From Moniliella sp. 'wahieum' (Eukaryota): a stretch of DNA of 64,000 nt. Below are positions 1-12,914 of the stretch, one piece after another. The stretch is taken from the NCBI GenBank assembly GCA_003971905.1, contig RSEE01000017.1:310001-374000 (forward strand), read 5' to 3'. Position 1 is the stretch's first letter. The number at the start of each line of letters is the position of its first letter. Made by a program: the position numbers and the translations under genes. Below the pieces are notes generated by a model, which was not told where the DNA came from, searched no databases, and worked only from the letters and a program-made list of their open reading frames with translations.

Positions 1-250
1 TTATGACTTACGTCGAGTGCACTGCAAGCCGCGGTTACTCTCATCAGTAGCGCTTGCTTCTTTAGGACTCTGCCCGTTCCCGCCTATTATACAGCTTACC
101 GAGTGAGGTAACACCGCGAGGAACAGTGACTCCGGAAATCCTGGACCCCTTCAGTTGGTCTTCCGACCTACGTACGCGGCTCCTACCTCGGAGGGTCTGG
201 ACTGCGGCCTTTGCACGCAGGCAGCCACCCAAACGAGAGGGTCTCTCCCT
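1..250. mobile_element. LTR-like remnant, family A (truncated by window edge)
   Basis: Collinear similarity to 3885-4140, including an identical 58-nt core (177-234 = 4068-4125). Confidence 0.6.
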
Positions 251-426
251 TGCCTCTACACCCTCCGTTCAACGTTCAACGTTCAACCAGGATCTGAAGC
301 AGAACCGAGAACATACGTAACTCTAATGCCATGTCCAAGGGTTTTCACTCCTAAATTCTGGGGTCGGGCTCAGTCTCGGGGCTCGCGCCCCATAACAAAC
401 CGCCTCCAATCCTTCCCACTCAAGGC

Positions 427-590
427 TGTTAAAACGAGGACAGTGTCTACAGGGAGAAGAGAGAGAGGGGGAAGATGATGGATCTATTCCAAGAGATGAG
501 CTCGTTACTAGGCCCGTTAGGGGCAGAAGTGTGAGAGCTGATCAAGGGAAATATGGCTCCACTGCTCATGGACTCGGTGGATCTTATCCA
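427..590. mobile_element. LTR-end remnant, family B
   Basis: TGTTAAAACGAGGAC...GATCTATTCC...CCCGTTAGGGGCA recurs at 40878 and, more diverged, at 25891; TG terminus. Confidence 0.55.
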
Positions 591-1192
591 AAACAGAGAG
601 GGTTCAGTGAAATGGACACTAGGGGGATAGGTTGGAGAGGAGAAGAAGGGGTTGGAGAAACATTTTGTAGCTGGCTAGTGTTGAGCTAGGTGGCTCGTGC
701 TTTGGCCAATGTTCCTTCAGTTCCTCCTTAGGCATAGGAATTCCGCTGTTTCCCCTCTCATGTTTTCCTCATTGTCCTCGCAGATTAGCCCCTGACGGCG
801 ACTCGCTCCTTGATGTTCCTCTGTAGGCATTGCTGGTTGCCGCCTCACCACCACCAGTGCGATAATTGCATCACCCTCGAGAATCATCAGGACTCCAGGT
901 CTCATCAGCTAGCGCCCGTGACAAGGCGTGGAATATCACCCTTGACGCGATACGACAGGTAACTGCCTTGGCCCCACCCTGCGACCAAACACTCTCGATC
1001 CCGGCCATTGAAAGCTATACGTACTTTTAGTACGCCCCTGCTCGACTGAAAAGACGCAGCCGCTCCAGTGACTACGACACCGTTTGATCCCACTGTACCC
1101 CCCGCCCCCGAATCCCTCCGTATATAACCTCCTACCATCATCTCCTCACCTCTTCTTGCGCCAACACCACCACCACCACCACCACATCACCA

Positions 1193-3735
1193 ATGGAAGC
1201 GCACGCCTCCCACACCCGTCCCCCTGATGCCGCCCGCCGTCCGGCTCGTCTGACCCAATTCCTCCCTACGTTTCTTGCAGCCAACAGCCCCACCCAACCG
1301 CCCCCAAATCAACAGGTCCCGACCCAACAGCCCCCCGACCCAACAGCCCCAACCCAACAGCCCCCAACCCTGCCACCAGCCGCTTTCCCGCCCCTGGCCC
1401 GCGCTGGGGATGGGCCCATCTGCCGCATGAAGTTCTGCTGCAGGTCATGGAGACGGCTGCCACCATCAGCAGCGACCTGTTGCTTCCTTGCCTCCTCGTA
1501 TGCCGGGCGTGGAGTGCGGCCGCAGTCATCCCGCTCTGGCATCTCCCTCGTTTCCCCATCCGGATTCCTTGGACCGCTTCACCTCCGTCTTGGCCCAGTC
1601 CCAGACCCATTCTACTTTTATCCGTACCCCATTTTGGTTCGCAACCTCGACCTTTCCATTCTGCCGGATGATTTCCCACCGCTCCGAACCATGCACATGG
1701 ATAGCTTTAAACTGTGCACGCGCATGCAATCACTGGTCCTCAGCGAACCCCGCGAGCGACTCGTTGACGGATGTACAAGTCGCCACGCTGATCCTAGCCT
1801 CCCCATGCCTCTGCCACGTTCGTCTCTTACGCGTGGACAGTGTCGGTCCATCGACGATGGAGGCTTGACGTTGGCCCGTGGCTTGCAACGTCTCGAACTG
1901 AGTGACTGTGCGCTCGTTACGAGCACCATGGTGGCGCAAGTGGCACTGAAGTGTCCCCTTCTCAAAGAGGTCCACCTGGACGGCACCCACAACAATATGC
2001 GATCAGGGGATTGGTGCCCTGGCCCGTCTCTGTCTTCACCTCGAGCACGTCACCCTAGAGAGCCTTCCATTCATGACCGACCAGGCAGTGCGAGCGCTGT
2101 GGACGTGCGCAGAATCGGTGCGCACACTGTGCCTATTTAATTGCCACGAGTTGACATCGTATGCATCCTCAAATGCGGCGACCTTCACCTTCCATCAACA
2201 GGCACAGCATGGCTCCTGCCGCCCACGCTGATCCACAGGCTTCGGGTCGACCCTTTCTCGAAGACAGAGTACGCCTCCGCATAACCCATCGCAGTCGGAT
2301 GACAACCGAGCTTCCCCCGCGACTGCCGACCGACATGCCGCGTTAGCTCTGCGCCGTACCAAACTGTCGCAAACCGCCCCAACCGCTCCTGATGGGCAAG
2401 TGCTGGCCATGGTTTCCTTGCTGGCCTGCAGCCAGCTCACCGATCCAGCGATTCAGGGTCTCGTTGGCCGCCGCGCCCCATTTGCAAAACGTAACGTTGG
2501 CAGGTGTCCGCAGTTGGCGATGATGGAGCGCTGGACGCGTTGGGCCAGTTGGGGCCAGGCTTGCAGTTTGTCCGGTTTGGTGCATTTGAGCCGCTTTACG
2601 GATGCGGGGATGGCGCGGCTGGCGCAGCAGTGCAGGAGGCTGGAGGCGGTTCGTTTGACAGAGTGTCCGCGGTTGAGTGACCGGTCGGTGTTCAACCTAG
2701 TTCGGCTGCGCCACCTGTGCGAGATGCGCTGTACCGCATGCGGGGGTTGAGCACGATGAGTGTGTATGCGCTGGCGCTTTGTAAGTCACTGCAACAGTGC
2801 TTCTAGGCGAGTGGCAGCCGGCGCTCACTCCGTCGCCCATCTTTCATCTCCTGGTTACTCTCCCACTCTTGCATAGCCTCAAGCTCAAAGTTTATCCTGC
2901 GATTCGAACGCACGATTCGCAGCAGTTTTTTCCAGTGCAGCCCATCAGGGCAGTGGGCGTGTGGGAACCCAGCCATCTCGAGCTTCGTTCGCCATCAGGG
3001 CGTAGTCGCGCTCAAAGAGTACATGATCAATTGTCTTACCGCCCCGGCACTGCCAAAGATGTCCTGTCGCACCCGCTGCCGGACAGGGATGACTTTCTGG
3101 CCCTAGCCCTGCTTCCCTCTCGCCCCCTATTATTACCAAACATAGAAGCACGATCACCCTTCCCGACCCTATCTTTCTGGCGCCGCAAGCGGGACAACGT
3201 CGACGATGATGTGCACTCGCGCCAATGTTATTGGCGGCAACAATACCACCAACGAAAACATGAACAAACACAACCACGACCAACAACAACAACAACAAAA
3301 AAAAAAAACAACAACAAACAACACAACAAAAACAACAAAACAACAACACAACAACAAGAATCATCACCGCCCCTTCTTCCACCTTGCACCAACGACTCAA
3401 GGCGCGACTGTCGCAACGGAACCGCGCCGCCGTCAATGACGCTGGATCGTGTTAGGGGCGCTCTCCGGTCATCTCCGGAAACCGATCCCGCATTCGCAGA
3501 CATCTCAGCGAAGCACACGCCCAGCCCCACGATACTGGTGCATACGATCAGCACGGGCATCTTGCCGCGGATACTTCCGCGCGGACAGCCAGGAAAGGAC
3601 GGACTTAAACGGTACGCAGCTTCGTATCTGCGGCCCGCCGGTCTTGGTAGAACCCCCACATCTACACTGCGCCCAACAGATCGCTGTATGGGCAGAACAG
3701 GCGCGCCCTTTACCTCTTATTACTGTACTGGGTAG
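1193..3735 (+). CDS. F-box/leucine-rich-repeat protein, Grr1-like SCF substrate receptor (frameshifted; 3' end uncertain)
   Basis: F-box LPHEVLLQV...DLLLPCLLVCRAWSAAAVIPLWHLP at ~1415-1550; YPILVRNLDLS; Cys-containing LRRs LELSDCALVT, LLACSQLTDPAI, QCRRLEAVRLTECPRLSDRSV spread over several frames. Confidence 0.75.
3262..3358. repeat. CAA/A-rich microsatellite
   Basis: Runs of CAACAACAA and poly-A visible directly. Confidence 0.85.
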
Positions 3736-3766
3736 ATTCCCTTCCTTCTGTTGATGCCTGTTCTGA

Positions 3767-4164
3767 TGTTACGGTATATAAGCAGCCCTGTCTGAGGCTT
3801 GCTGGCGGTGATCCTAACTGCCCAATCCACGTCTTTCCCCCGACTTCCGCTCCCTCTTCACTCTTTACCCTTACGCTTGAGAATTTACGATTTACGTCCG
3901 CCACTTTACAAGCTACGGTTACTATCAGTAGTGCTTGCTCTTCTTTAGGACTCTGCCGGTTACCGCCTACTACAGCGTACCGAGTGTGGTAACACTGCGA
4001 GGAACAGGGGATAGCTTCAGAGCTCCTCTGGACCTCTTCAGCTGGTCTAACTAACGACTTACATACACGGCTCCTACCTCGGAGGGTCTGGACTGCGGCC
4101 TTTGCACGCAGGCAGCCACCCAAACTAGAGGGTCTCTACCTACTAGGCAATGCATCCCTTCACA
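3767..4164. mobile_element. Solo LTR, family A (~398 bp)
   Basis: TGTTA...TCACA termini; flanks TCTGA/TCGGA (4/5 TSD match); homologous to 1-250. Confidence 0.6.
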
Positions 4165-4405
4165 TCGGACGTCTCAATGAAAGACAGGAACACCTCTATG
4201 CCTGTGTTGTGAGAGGCGCCTTTGCCATGGCAGCATTGATCATCAAGTTCATTCCAGTTTCAAACTGCCAGGCAGGGATAGTGTTGCTCTGCTGCCAGTG
4301 GATACAGAGCACACTCCCCAATGCGGAGTCTCTAAGCTATACTTATATATGGAGGGAAATGCAACAGTAGCACATGTAGGCACCCTCCGTGGCACCTATA
4401 TCTCA

Positions 4406-5497
4406 TTAGACGAACTTCCAAACATCTTCCTTTGCAAATCCTGCGTCTTTAAGAATACCCCCGTACGTGCCTTGGCTGCGCATGGGAGGCGGTCCCCGCC
4501 CTGATGGCCCGGCAAGAGAAGCAATTTGGGCTGGTGGCCCCGAAACCAACACCATTGTGCGCTTGTCGCTGTCGTCACTAGAGGATCCACTGGTAAGCGG
4601 GTTAGAGGTGTTTTCGGGTGAAGTGGTGGGGGCTTCACTTCCTGGCAACTGAACAAACTTCTGTAGGACATCAGCCGTGATGTGGCCAGTGAAGCGGCCG
4701 ATTTCACCATGACCGGAATCCAGTTGGCCGGTTTCCCAATTGTCATCAGGCGCTTCGGACAAGCCATATACCACCTGGATTTGGCCTGGCGGCTTGAGCG
4801 CAGCCAATTGTCCAATGCGATCACGGAGCAAGATATCGTCCTGAGTGTTGTTGGTATACAAAAGGGTTACGCGCGTATTGTCCTCTGGGTTGACAGCCAC
4901 CTCACGCAGAAGTTGATACAAGGGGGTGATGCCCGCCCCGCCCCCAGCAAAACGAGATGATCACACATGTTGGCAGTGTACTCCTGGCGTCCGCCGCTCA
5001 GCGAGTTCTTTGGCAACGTCCGAAAGGGACCCAGACCAACAGGTACTGTATCCCGGATGAAGGGAGGAGAGATAGGACCCCATCTTCCCACCAGGGTAAA
5101 TCTTGACCAAGAATTCCAGGGAACCATCAGGGCCCATGCTGTTGGGGTCCGAAATGGGTGTGTAGGGACGGATGCAAGGAAATCCCCAACCTGGACGGCG
5201 GATAAGAAGCGCGCTGCCGGCTACGTGCCCGGCTTTCATACCGGCAGGAAGGTCAAAGGTGAGAAGGCGCGTGTTGGGTGTATGGTGTTCCATGGAGCGC
5301 AGCGTTAGCGAACGAAAATTGACTGGCACAGGGTCCCGAGAGTCATCATTGGTCTTTCTGCAGGCAACAGAAGAGTCGCTCTTGCGACCGAACGCAACCC
5401 AAGCGGTCCCAGTAGCAGCAACCCCGACAAGTGCTACACCGGCGTAGCGTACAAAGGGTGAAACGGTGCGGTCTGGCGCGTTCTTTGGTTGGCACAA
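4406..5497 (-). CDS. MCR1: NADH-cytochrome b5 reductase, mitochondrial Mcr1-like (frameshifted; start uncertain)
   Basis: N-terminal hydrophobic anchor, FAD motif IRPYTPIS, LVKIYPGGKMGSYL, Gly-rich motif leading into a (T)P-LYQL segment across a frameshift, VTLLYTNNTQDDILLR, VLVSGPP, C-terminal GGILKDAGFAKEDVWKF. Confidence 0.85.
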
Positions 5498-5979
5498 AAA
5501 ACGGATTGAGCGGTGGTAGCAGTGTGCAGCAATAAGGGAGAGGGCGTAAAGTAGGTATATATATCTTAGAGCTTAGCGCCCTTTTAGCTGCCACGTTTTG
5601 ATGCTTGCTAATGCTACTATTAGCTTGATCATGTTCGGACGGCAACAATTATCCGACTTTTGTCCGAGCAAACACATGTGGGCCCACCTTTTGCCCTTTT
5701 GCGAGAGGCATGTGGCTTAAAGCTTAAAGGCCCTTTAGGATTAAGGCCTTAGGCCTTAGGCATTAGCACAACAGTCACCGATACCGCCACGCACCACACG
5801 CCTTGCTGCCATTGCACGATCATGGACATGATCAATATTGATTAAATTGATTAAAAATTATTTACCAACCTAATTGTTCCACAGAAGCCATTGCTCGGAC
5901 AAAGCCCGGACAAAGCAGATGCAATATGGTCACAGCGACCGGCGATGGCCGCAACACGAGAGAGTGTGATTGAGAAGGA

Positions 5980-6590
5980 AAGCAGGGTTATTAAACCTTG
6001 GCCTTTTTGAGCAAGGCATTTTACGGCCTCTTGGACACCGATACCTCTTCCACTCTCGAGCCCATCCCCACCACGGGGCAGATGCCAAACTTCGGAGGCT
6101 ACCAGACCTGTTTCTGGTGGTTGGTGCTCCTGTGGGAAGAATGCACTGTGGGCCGTAAAATCAAATGTCAAAGACGACGGATGCAATGCTCTCCTGTTGA
6201 CTGTGATCCTCCGGATCCCAGTCGGTAGACCTGTTGGTTCGCCTCGGTTCCATCCTCGGATTCCAAGCTGCGGGTATTGTCCCAGCGTGGCACCGTCCTT
6301 GTGCCCTGCATTATATCCTGTGTGCCTCACTGGCTCTCGGGCCGTACCTAGTCCGGTCTCCTACTAGTACTTATAGTAGATGCCTCTGTACCCAGACCCA
6401 ACTCTGTGGCTTTAATCCATCACCTTCTTTTCATTCTTCTGCCCATCCGGTTTCTCTATCAACATCTCATTCTCTTTGCTGTCGGAGACGCGCATTGTTC
6501 ATATTACCATCAAGCCACAACAAGGCGGGCAGACTCTTGGAGAATCGGCGTCTAGACCTTCAATTCTATCTGATTTGTTGTGACATGTGA
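5980..6590 (+). mobile_element. Possible highly decayed Gypsy fragment plus LTR-like end
   Basis: Weak resemblance to RNase H (LAFLSK) and integrase zinc-finger (FWW...CQR) segments; region ends in TGTGACA. Confidence 0.25.
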
Positions 6591-8427
6591 CGACGGTAAC
6601 TGGCTTCACCGGTCGTAGTGTATCCTGGCCTCACTATAACCTCTCCGAGAAGCTTTTTCGTGGACAGAATCTTGAAGCTTGGAGGTTGAAAGCGTATACT
6701 TATAGTATCTATGTAAGCCAGCAAAACTTGTCATGTAGCTCACATCCCGATGTTATTACTTCTCCTAATACATATACGCGACCACAGCGCCCACATATCG
6801 TTCGCCTCAAATATAGATCGCCTATATACCTACGCTACGTTCCTGATATACGCTTTTCAGCATCCATTGCCGTCTCCGGCGTATACGCTGGTGAATCAGT
6901 AGGACGTCGCTACAAGTTTCCTGAGACGGGGTATGTTCTTTTCTTTCCTGTGGACTAGGTCATGGTGGTGTTCTAAACCAACCAATGGCACGTACAGGGG
7001 CATCAAGTGGCAGCCACTGACAGTCGCGATCGGGCATAGCTGTGCGTAACGAGCCCAAAAAGCCAGAAAACATCGGAGCTCTCCTATAAAAGACCTGTGG
7101 AGGTGCTACGTCGTGACCAACTGACCGCAATCAATTGTCCCCTACGACTGTGAAGGAGCTAGGGAGCTAAGTACGAGCACGGAGGGTGAGTGAACAAAGT
7201 ATTGAGAGTGGACTGGATTGAAGCAGTGTCGGCCGTGTAGAGTAGACAGGAGGGGATGTGAACACAGGAGCACGGAAGGAAAGGGCAGGCGCGCGGCCAG
7301 AGCACTGGGGCTTAATAATAGTAGTGCCAACATCGGACAGGGTCTGTCTAGGTCAAGCTATCATCTCCACGCCACCACAGAGGGGAGACTAGAGACCCTC
7401 ATGGCAGTGTCGGTGGCCACAGAAGGGTTAGAATCACTTCATGTACTGTGTGTGTGGCTGTGGACAGCGTGTTCTGCTGCTTCAGTGTCGATGCTTTTGC
7501 CCACAACTATTGCTCATGCAAATCAAGCACATTTGATGGTGGAGATATGGACGGGGGCGGCGAAGTACTTAGTCTATGAGCGTGGGTTTTGCATATACCC
7601 TCTCGCAGGGTGCGAGGCATATGAGGGTGTTGTACAAAATATATAGAAGAGTCCTGTTCTGATGTCGGAGAGAGAAGATATGGCTGAGGAGTGTGAGAGT
7701 TTTTTTGTGAGGACCAGTGATCGGGATCAGGAGAGCGTGTGAGGTGCTGGGTGCATATGGTGGGTGGACTGATGCATGCTGAAGATGATGGAACGCGATG
7801 TGTCCTGGATGATGGCGATGGCGGGCGCTGATGGTGGTGGAAGGGATGGTGATGATGCGGATGTGTGCGAATGATGGTTGGATGGGCTGGGGCATTAGAC
7901 CAGGGCTAATAGGGCAGGTTCAGATGGCTGGGGCGTGAGGCTGAGGCTGAGGGCTATGAGTAATGGGTGTGGGACGCAGACGTGCTCACATCGATCACCC
8001 AATAGGAGGCGGCATGCCCCAGCGGCACGGGGGCAGCCACAGGCGCCATCCGCCGCCACCCCAGCCGCATCGATTCTGGGTCGGGGGCACACGCAGCCCC
8101 CAATCGACGCAATCCGCTCGATTGCATCTCAGATCTCAGGAGCATCGTTTGTTTGCCCTCTCAGACTGAGGCTGGCTCAGGAGTGCTAGTGACCTCACTA
8201 ACCCTAGGCCCGACGCATCTTGACATCGGAACATCATTAACATCATCACCCATCGCAGTCATCGCTCATCGATCTGATCTCGGCGTTATCAGTGATCCAG
8301 ATCGGTGACCCTGCTGGCTCTCGGCGCGCATTCAATATTCAGCACGCATATCCAGCTGATACTACAGCTGATACCATCGCCTGCCACCCCCCCGCCACCG
8401 CCACGCCCTTGCCCTTCCAACGCCACC

Positions 8428-10430
8428 ATGGCCTTTGTCCAGAAAGCACCTCCTTCGCGCCCCCGCCGGCCCAGCGACGCCGGCAGCACCCGCAGCCTCG
8501 GCCTGCCCAGCCCCGCCGCCGCCACCCTCACCGCCGCCCCGCCGGCCCCCACCTACGCCCCCGCGACCGTCGCATCCGATCGCGCCCCCTCTTCTCCCCC
8601 TCCAGCTCCACCTTTTTTCCCGAGAGCGATGCTGAGCTCGACCTTCTTGGCCTCCCGCCCTCTTCTTCGAGCCAAGCCTCCCTTGCCTCCCCCCATTTGT
8701 CCCCACAAAGTGCCCAGGACGACGCCTACTCATCGGTCAGCGAGATCTTCTCTCCATCGGGCTTTAGCGCCAGCGAGCGTGAAGGCGAAGTCGCACCAAC
8801 GGATTTGGACCTGCCGCAGATTGGCGGCTTCCCCCCTCTTCCTCTGCATGGGGACGGGGTGGTATTAGAAGGATCGGGCACTGGGGGATGGGCTCGATGG
8901 GCGGCAGCCCGAGCAGCTTGGGCCGCCGCCTCTGCTGCTGCGGCGGCGGAGCGAAGGCCTTCTGTTGCTTCTTTTGCCTCTTCGGCCTCAGCTGACGAAC
9001 CGCCCAACCATGCTCGGTTCAGGGCACCAAGGTATCCCTACTCACAAGATCTGGGGGGAACTACTCCCAGGGCAAATGACTCTGTCATGACGACGTCTTG
9101 GTCATGGGCCCATCTATCTCAGGCGGCTTCGGACGTTCAGGACGACACTGATCCGTTGCTTGCGCCTCCCTCGGTGCACCCACCCCATGCGAATCGAGGG
9201 CTGGACATTCTCGATGAATTGGATGTGTTTGACGACGAGGTACAAACCACTCGGCGCGGCACGCCCGTGGCGACCATGGCGACCGCCACCCCAACGGAAG
9301 CATCTTCATACACCCCACTGGATGCCGGCTTTCCACCATCTCTACTCCCGCTCGAAGGGGAACCGAGTGGTGCGGCCACACCGCGCCGGTTGCGTTCGGC
9401 CGCCCCATCGCGCACACAGTCGCGCCTGAACCTTCTCATATCCCACGAGCCACCTGCTTCGATTGATATGGATCGACTTCGTGTCTTGACTCGCCCTGCT
9501 TCCCTCCCCCCGAGCTATCCAGTGAGCATATGGATGACCTCCTGGCCGCTGCTCCCGAGGCCGAATCCGCTGGGCTTCACAAACCCCGCCGGAGAGGGAT
9601 GAAGCGGACCCGACGGTTGCGACGGGAAAGAACAGAGGAAGAGCGCCTGGGACATGTATCCCAAGTCTGGTCCCGTCTCCATGGGGACTATGGCAGTTTC
9701 ACCCCGGATCCCGAGGCGGTGTACAGCTCCGATTCGGATGGCTCGCTGGATGCTGTGCATAGCTCCAAGCGCTCTGCGGCAAGCGTCAGCGCCACCTCTA
9801 CCACCCGTCGACGACATCGCGCGGATTTCGTAGCTAGACGGGGATTGAGTACAAGCACATCCGATTGGTCCACAGCCCCGTTGCCCCGTCTGGCCGGGCG
9901 AGAGACCCGCCCATCCGTCCAATTGACCCTACCACCCCAATGATTGGGCCGACTCGCCGTGAGGAAGGGCTGGTGACGACGATTTGGCGCAAGGTGTTTG
10001 CCGTGGACGAGGACGTGATGAATGCCTTTTTGGCCGCTGAGCCCGATGCATGCCCCAGATCCTGTCCGGAGCAGATGCCACTCGGCGTTGGCCGTCCCCC
10101 CCCGGCAAGTTTGGGTTTGGCGACAATGATCCGAGTGTGGAGGCGTACGATGTCCAACAGCAGGATGAGGTTATGCCTGATCGCTTGCCTTCCCCTCCGG
10201 CTACTCCGGAACTGACGCCAAAGGTGCTAGAACCAAGGTCGGGCGAACAGGAGGCTCAGCCATCGGTCCCAGCCGAACCGTACTTGCTCCCGCTTCCGTT
10301 ATTGGGAAAGCTCGAGTCGCTCGCCTCGGCTTCGCGGGCTCGTAGATTGCCTCCACCTACACCACTGCATCCACCACCCCCGCCGCGTTCGTTCCCTCCC
10401 CTTCCGAGGGGAACCTCCTTTGCAGCCTAG
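8428..10430 (+). CDS. Hypothetical Ser/Pro-rich disordered protein (frameshifted)
   Basis: CACCATGG start (MAFVQKAPPSRPRRPS) followed by overlapping long ORFs 8292-9602, 9530-9943 and 10050-10430 with consistent composition; no family recognised. Confidence 0.55.
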
Positions 10431-10775
10431 CACGGGAGAGGCCTTGCAGGTTTTGCTGGACTCGGTGGGATCCCACTTGTCTAGCCAAGTGAGCCGCCAT
10501 CTGTTCTTTCTCCTTTGCTCGAGGCTGGTTTGCCCGCGCGATCCCAGGGAGGACAGGGTGCAGGCAGAGGGCCTAGCTAGGAGCCGGTCCTTATCAACCC
10601 TCGATGGATACCATTGCACGGTACCAACTGGGCGAATAGGCCGTTGGGGGTGCATATGTTCGTGGCTCGTTGTGGGCCCCTTTTCTTTTCCTCGCGCTTT
10701 CCAGCTCGCTTCATGTGGAAACAGCATGTATACACTGATTTCTCGTCGGACAATTAAGGCCAATTCACGCATACT

Positions 10776-12187
10776 CTACCGATCCATTGTATAGGAAACA
10801 AAGTAATGTCTTCGGGGAGTCTCTGAGATGGCACCCCATGTGGGAATTAGACAAAGAAGAAGGGATGTGGAGAGACTGGATTGGGTTGAGTTCAAAGGCT
10901 TAGCCCTTCTTAAGGGCACGTTCGGGGTGCTTGTGGTACAAGCTAACCCACTTGTCCATGCCTTGGCTGCCTTGGCCATCGTGTCCTTCAGGTCACGTTG
11001 CACCTGGGTATGCTCCCACTTTTCGTCTTCCCAATTGTGTTCTTGGTACTGGTCCGAGGGCTGCCACCCAATGGCTTTGAGGATGGTATCCTCCGACGGG
11101 ATCGCCGGACGCGTCGAGGGCGGAAGCGCGCAGGGTCACGCTCGATGCACTGGCCCAAGAGGTACGCAGCCAAAGGTTCAGCCCGCTGCGACGGAACAAA
11201 GTTGAGTTTGAGTTGGGTCTGGCCCTTGGCGGTGGAGGAGCCGAGCCGTTTGGTCACGCTCCGTGCCATCTTGGCTCCACGGATGGAGGAAGCCGCCCAC
11301 ACCGCATCCACCTCCAACGCCCCACCAAACACCCATCCACAAAACACCAGGGCCCAATCCAGAGCAGCCGACACGGGCAGGAGGCCAGTCGCGATGATCG
11401 CGTCCTTCTCGGCCTTTTTGCGGGTACGCAGAATGGTGTCCACAAACTCGGCGCGAATCTGTTCGGGGGTGAGAGCAAGCGAAGGGGGTAGAAGAACAAC
11501 ATCTCTCCAGATGCACCGTCGCGCGCGTTTCCCTCCTCATGTGGGTTGTCCTCGTGCCCCAGGTCGTCGTGGCTGCCACGCGCACCGGAACTTTCGACGG
11601 GCTTGCCATCCTGCGGGATGCGCGTCAAAAGTCAAGTTGGGCCGTGGTGGTCTTGTCGGTGGCCCAGGCGACGCCTTGGTGATGCGACCTTGATGCCCTC
11701 ACGAGGCAACCTTGGCATCCGATTCGCGTGCCTCGCGCACCTCGCCTGCCACTTGCGCTGGATTGTGCGATCTCTCGTGCTCATGCTCCGTCTCAGTCGG
11801 CTTGAGCAACGGCGGCGGCGGCGGGGTGTAGAGCAAGAACGGAGCGGAGGCGCGTCTCCGCCGTTGGGCGCAGGGAAGGGCACAAGGTAGGCCACCAGTT
11901 TGTGTGGGTCGCGCACATACTCGTCCTCGGCGCCAGCGGGAGGAGCAGGGTAGAGCGGCGCGTGCTGCGGCGGCTTTTCGATGGCGGAGGAAAGAAGCCC
12001 GGCCGGGGGAGGAGCAGGGTAGAGCGGCGCGTGCTGCGGCGGCTTCTCGACGGCAGCGGAAAAGGCCCGGCCTCACAGCCGCTGGGCAGGTGAGCCGAGG
12101 GGGCGAGGGGAAGGCGGAGCCGGGCGGGGGCGGATAGGCGGCGACGGCGGGCGGAGGGGAGCCGGGCGGGGGCGGATAGGCGGCCAT
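10776..12187 (-). CDS. Conserved fungal hypothetical protein with Pro-rich repeated N-terminus (frameshifted)
   Basis: MAAYPPPPG repeats; KLVAYLVPFPAP, FLLYTPPPPPLLKP, RKWQAEVREA, RTRKKAEKDAIIATGLLPV, GGALEVDAVWAASSIRGAKMARSVTKRL resemble a conserved uncharacterised fungal family (from recall). Confidence 0.65.
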
Positions 12188-12914
12188 GGCGACGGCGGTG
12201 GGGGAGGACAAGAGACAAGTCGCAGTCCGTCGCTTGTGCTGGCCTGCGGTGGGCCACTGCACCGCCCGAGCGTCGCGCACTGCGCATCACATGCATCACA
12301 GCTTTCGCCCGCCGCTCCCACACGTTTCCGCGGAGGTCACCGGTCACGCAGCGCACGTGCTTACGCGAGTACGCTTACATTAGCACCCTCGGCCTGGTCT
12401 GGCGGATTGAACCACCGTAACTTCTTCGTGCTTGTCTGACAAGAGTCCATCGATCTTTTCTGTCTGTCTGACAGCAGACGTTGAACAACGGTCACGGTGT
12501 TGTCGCGCGTCCCTACGGTATAGCACAACGATAGCATCTAGACGAACTTACCCTCCTCCTTGCCTTCAAGAAAATTACCGTCTGCAGTGGACCACCCATC
12601 CCAATGAGGGGGAGAAGGTGGGTGGTGAGAAGGTGGTGGTCATTCATAGAAACCAGTAGGCATGGGCAAGCTGCTCAAGCGACGAGTGTAATGACCTTCG
12701 TTCCCAAGAGGGGCAGGCCCCTTTGCCGTGGAACGACCCCTATCATGTTCGCTCATACACGGCCATGGCAATGGTCTCCGCTCTTTTAGGGTTCATACCA
12801 TAAGAATGACCACATTGGTGTTTGCATCATCCGCTCATAGTCACCCAGAGCGCCAAAGGCCTGGGACGCCTGGACGAGCACATCAAACGGGACGCAGAAC
12901 GAGCCTACAACGAG

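Noticed and set aside
1..60. Hammerhead-like CTGATGA-GAGT...ACTC-GAC on the minus strand
   Set aside because: It lacks GAAA, stem I pairing is not evident and is cut by the window edge, and the homologous copy near 3885-3935 does not keep the core.
7000..8300. Short ORFs in the ORF track
   Set aside because: No recognisable motifs; consistent with chance ORFs in GC-rich intergenic DNA.
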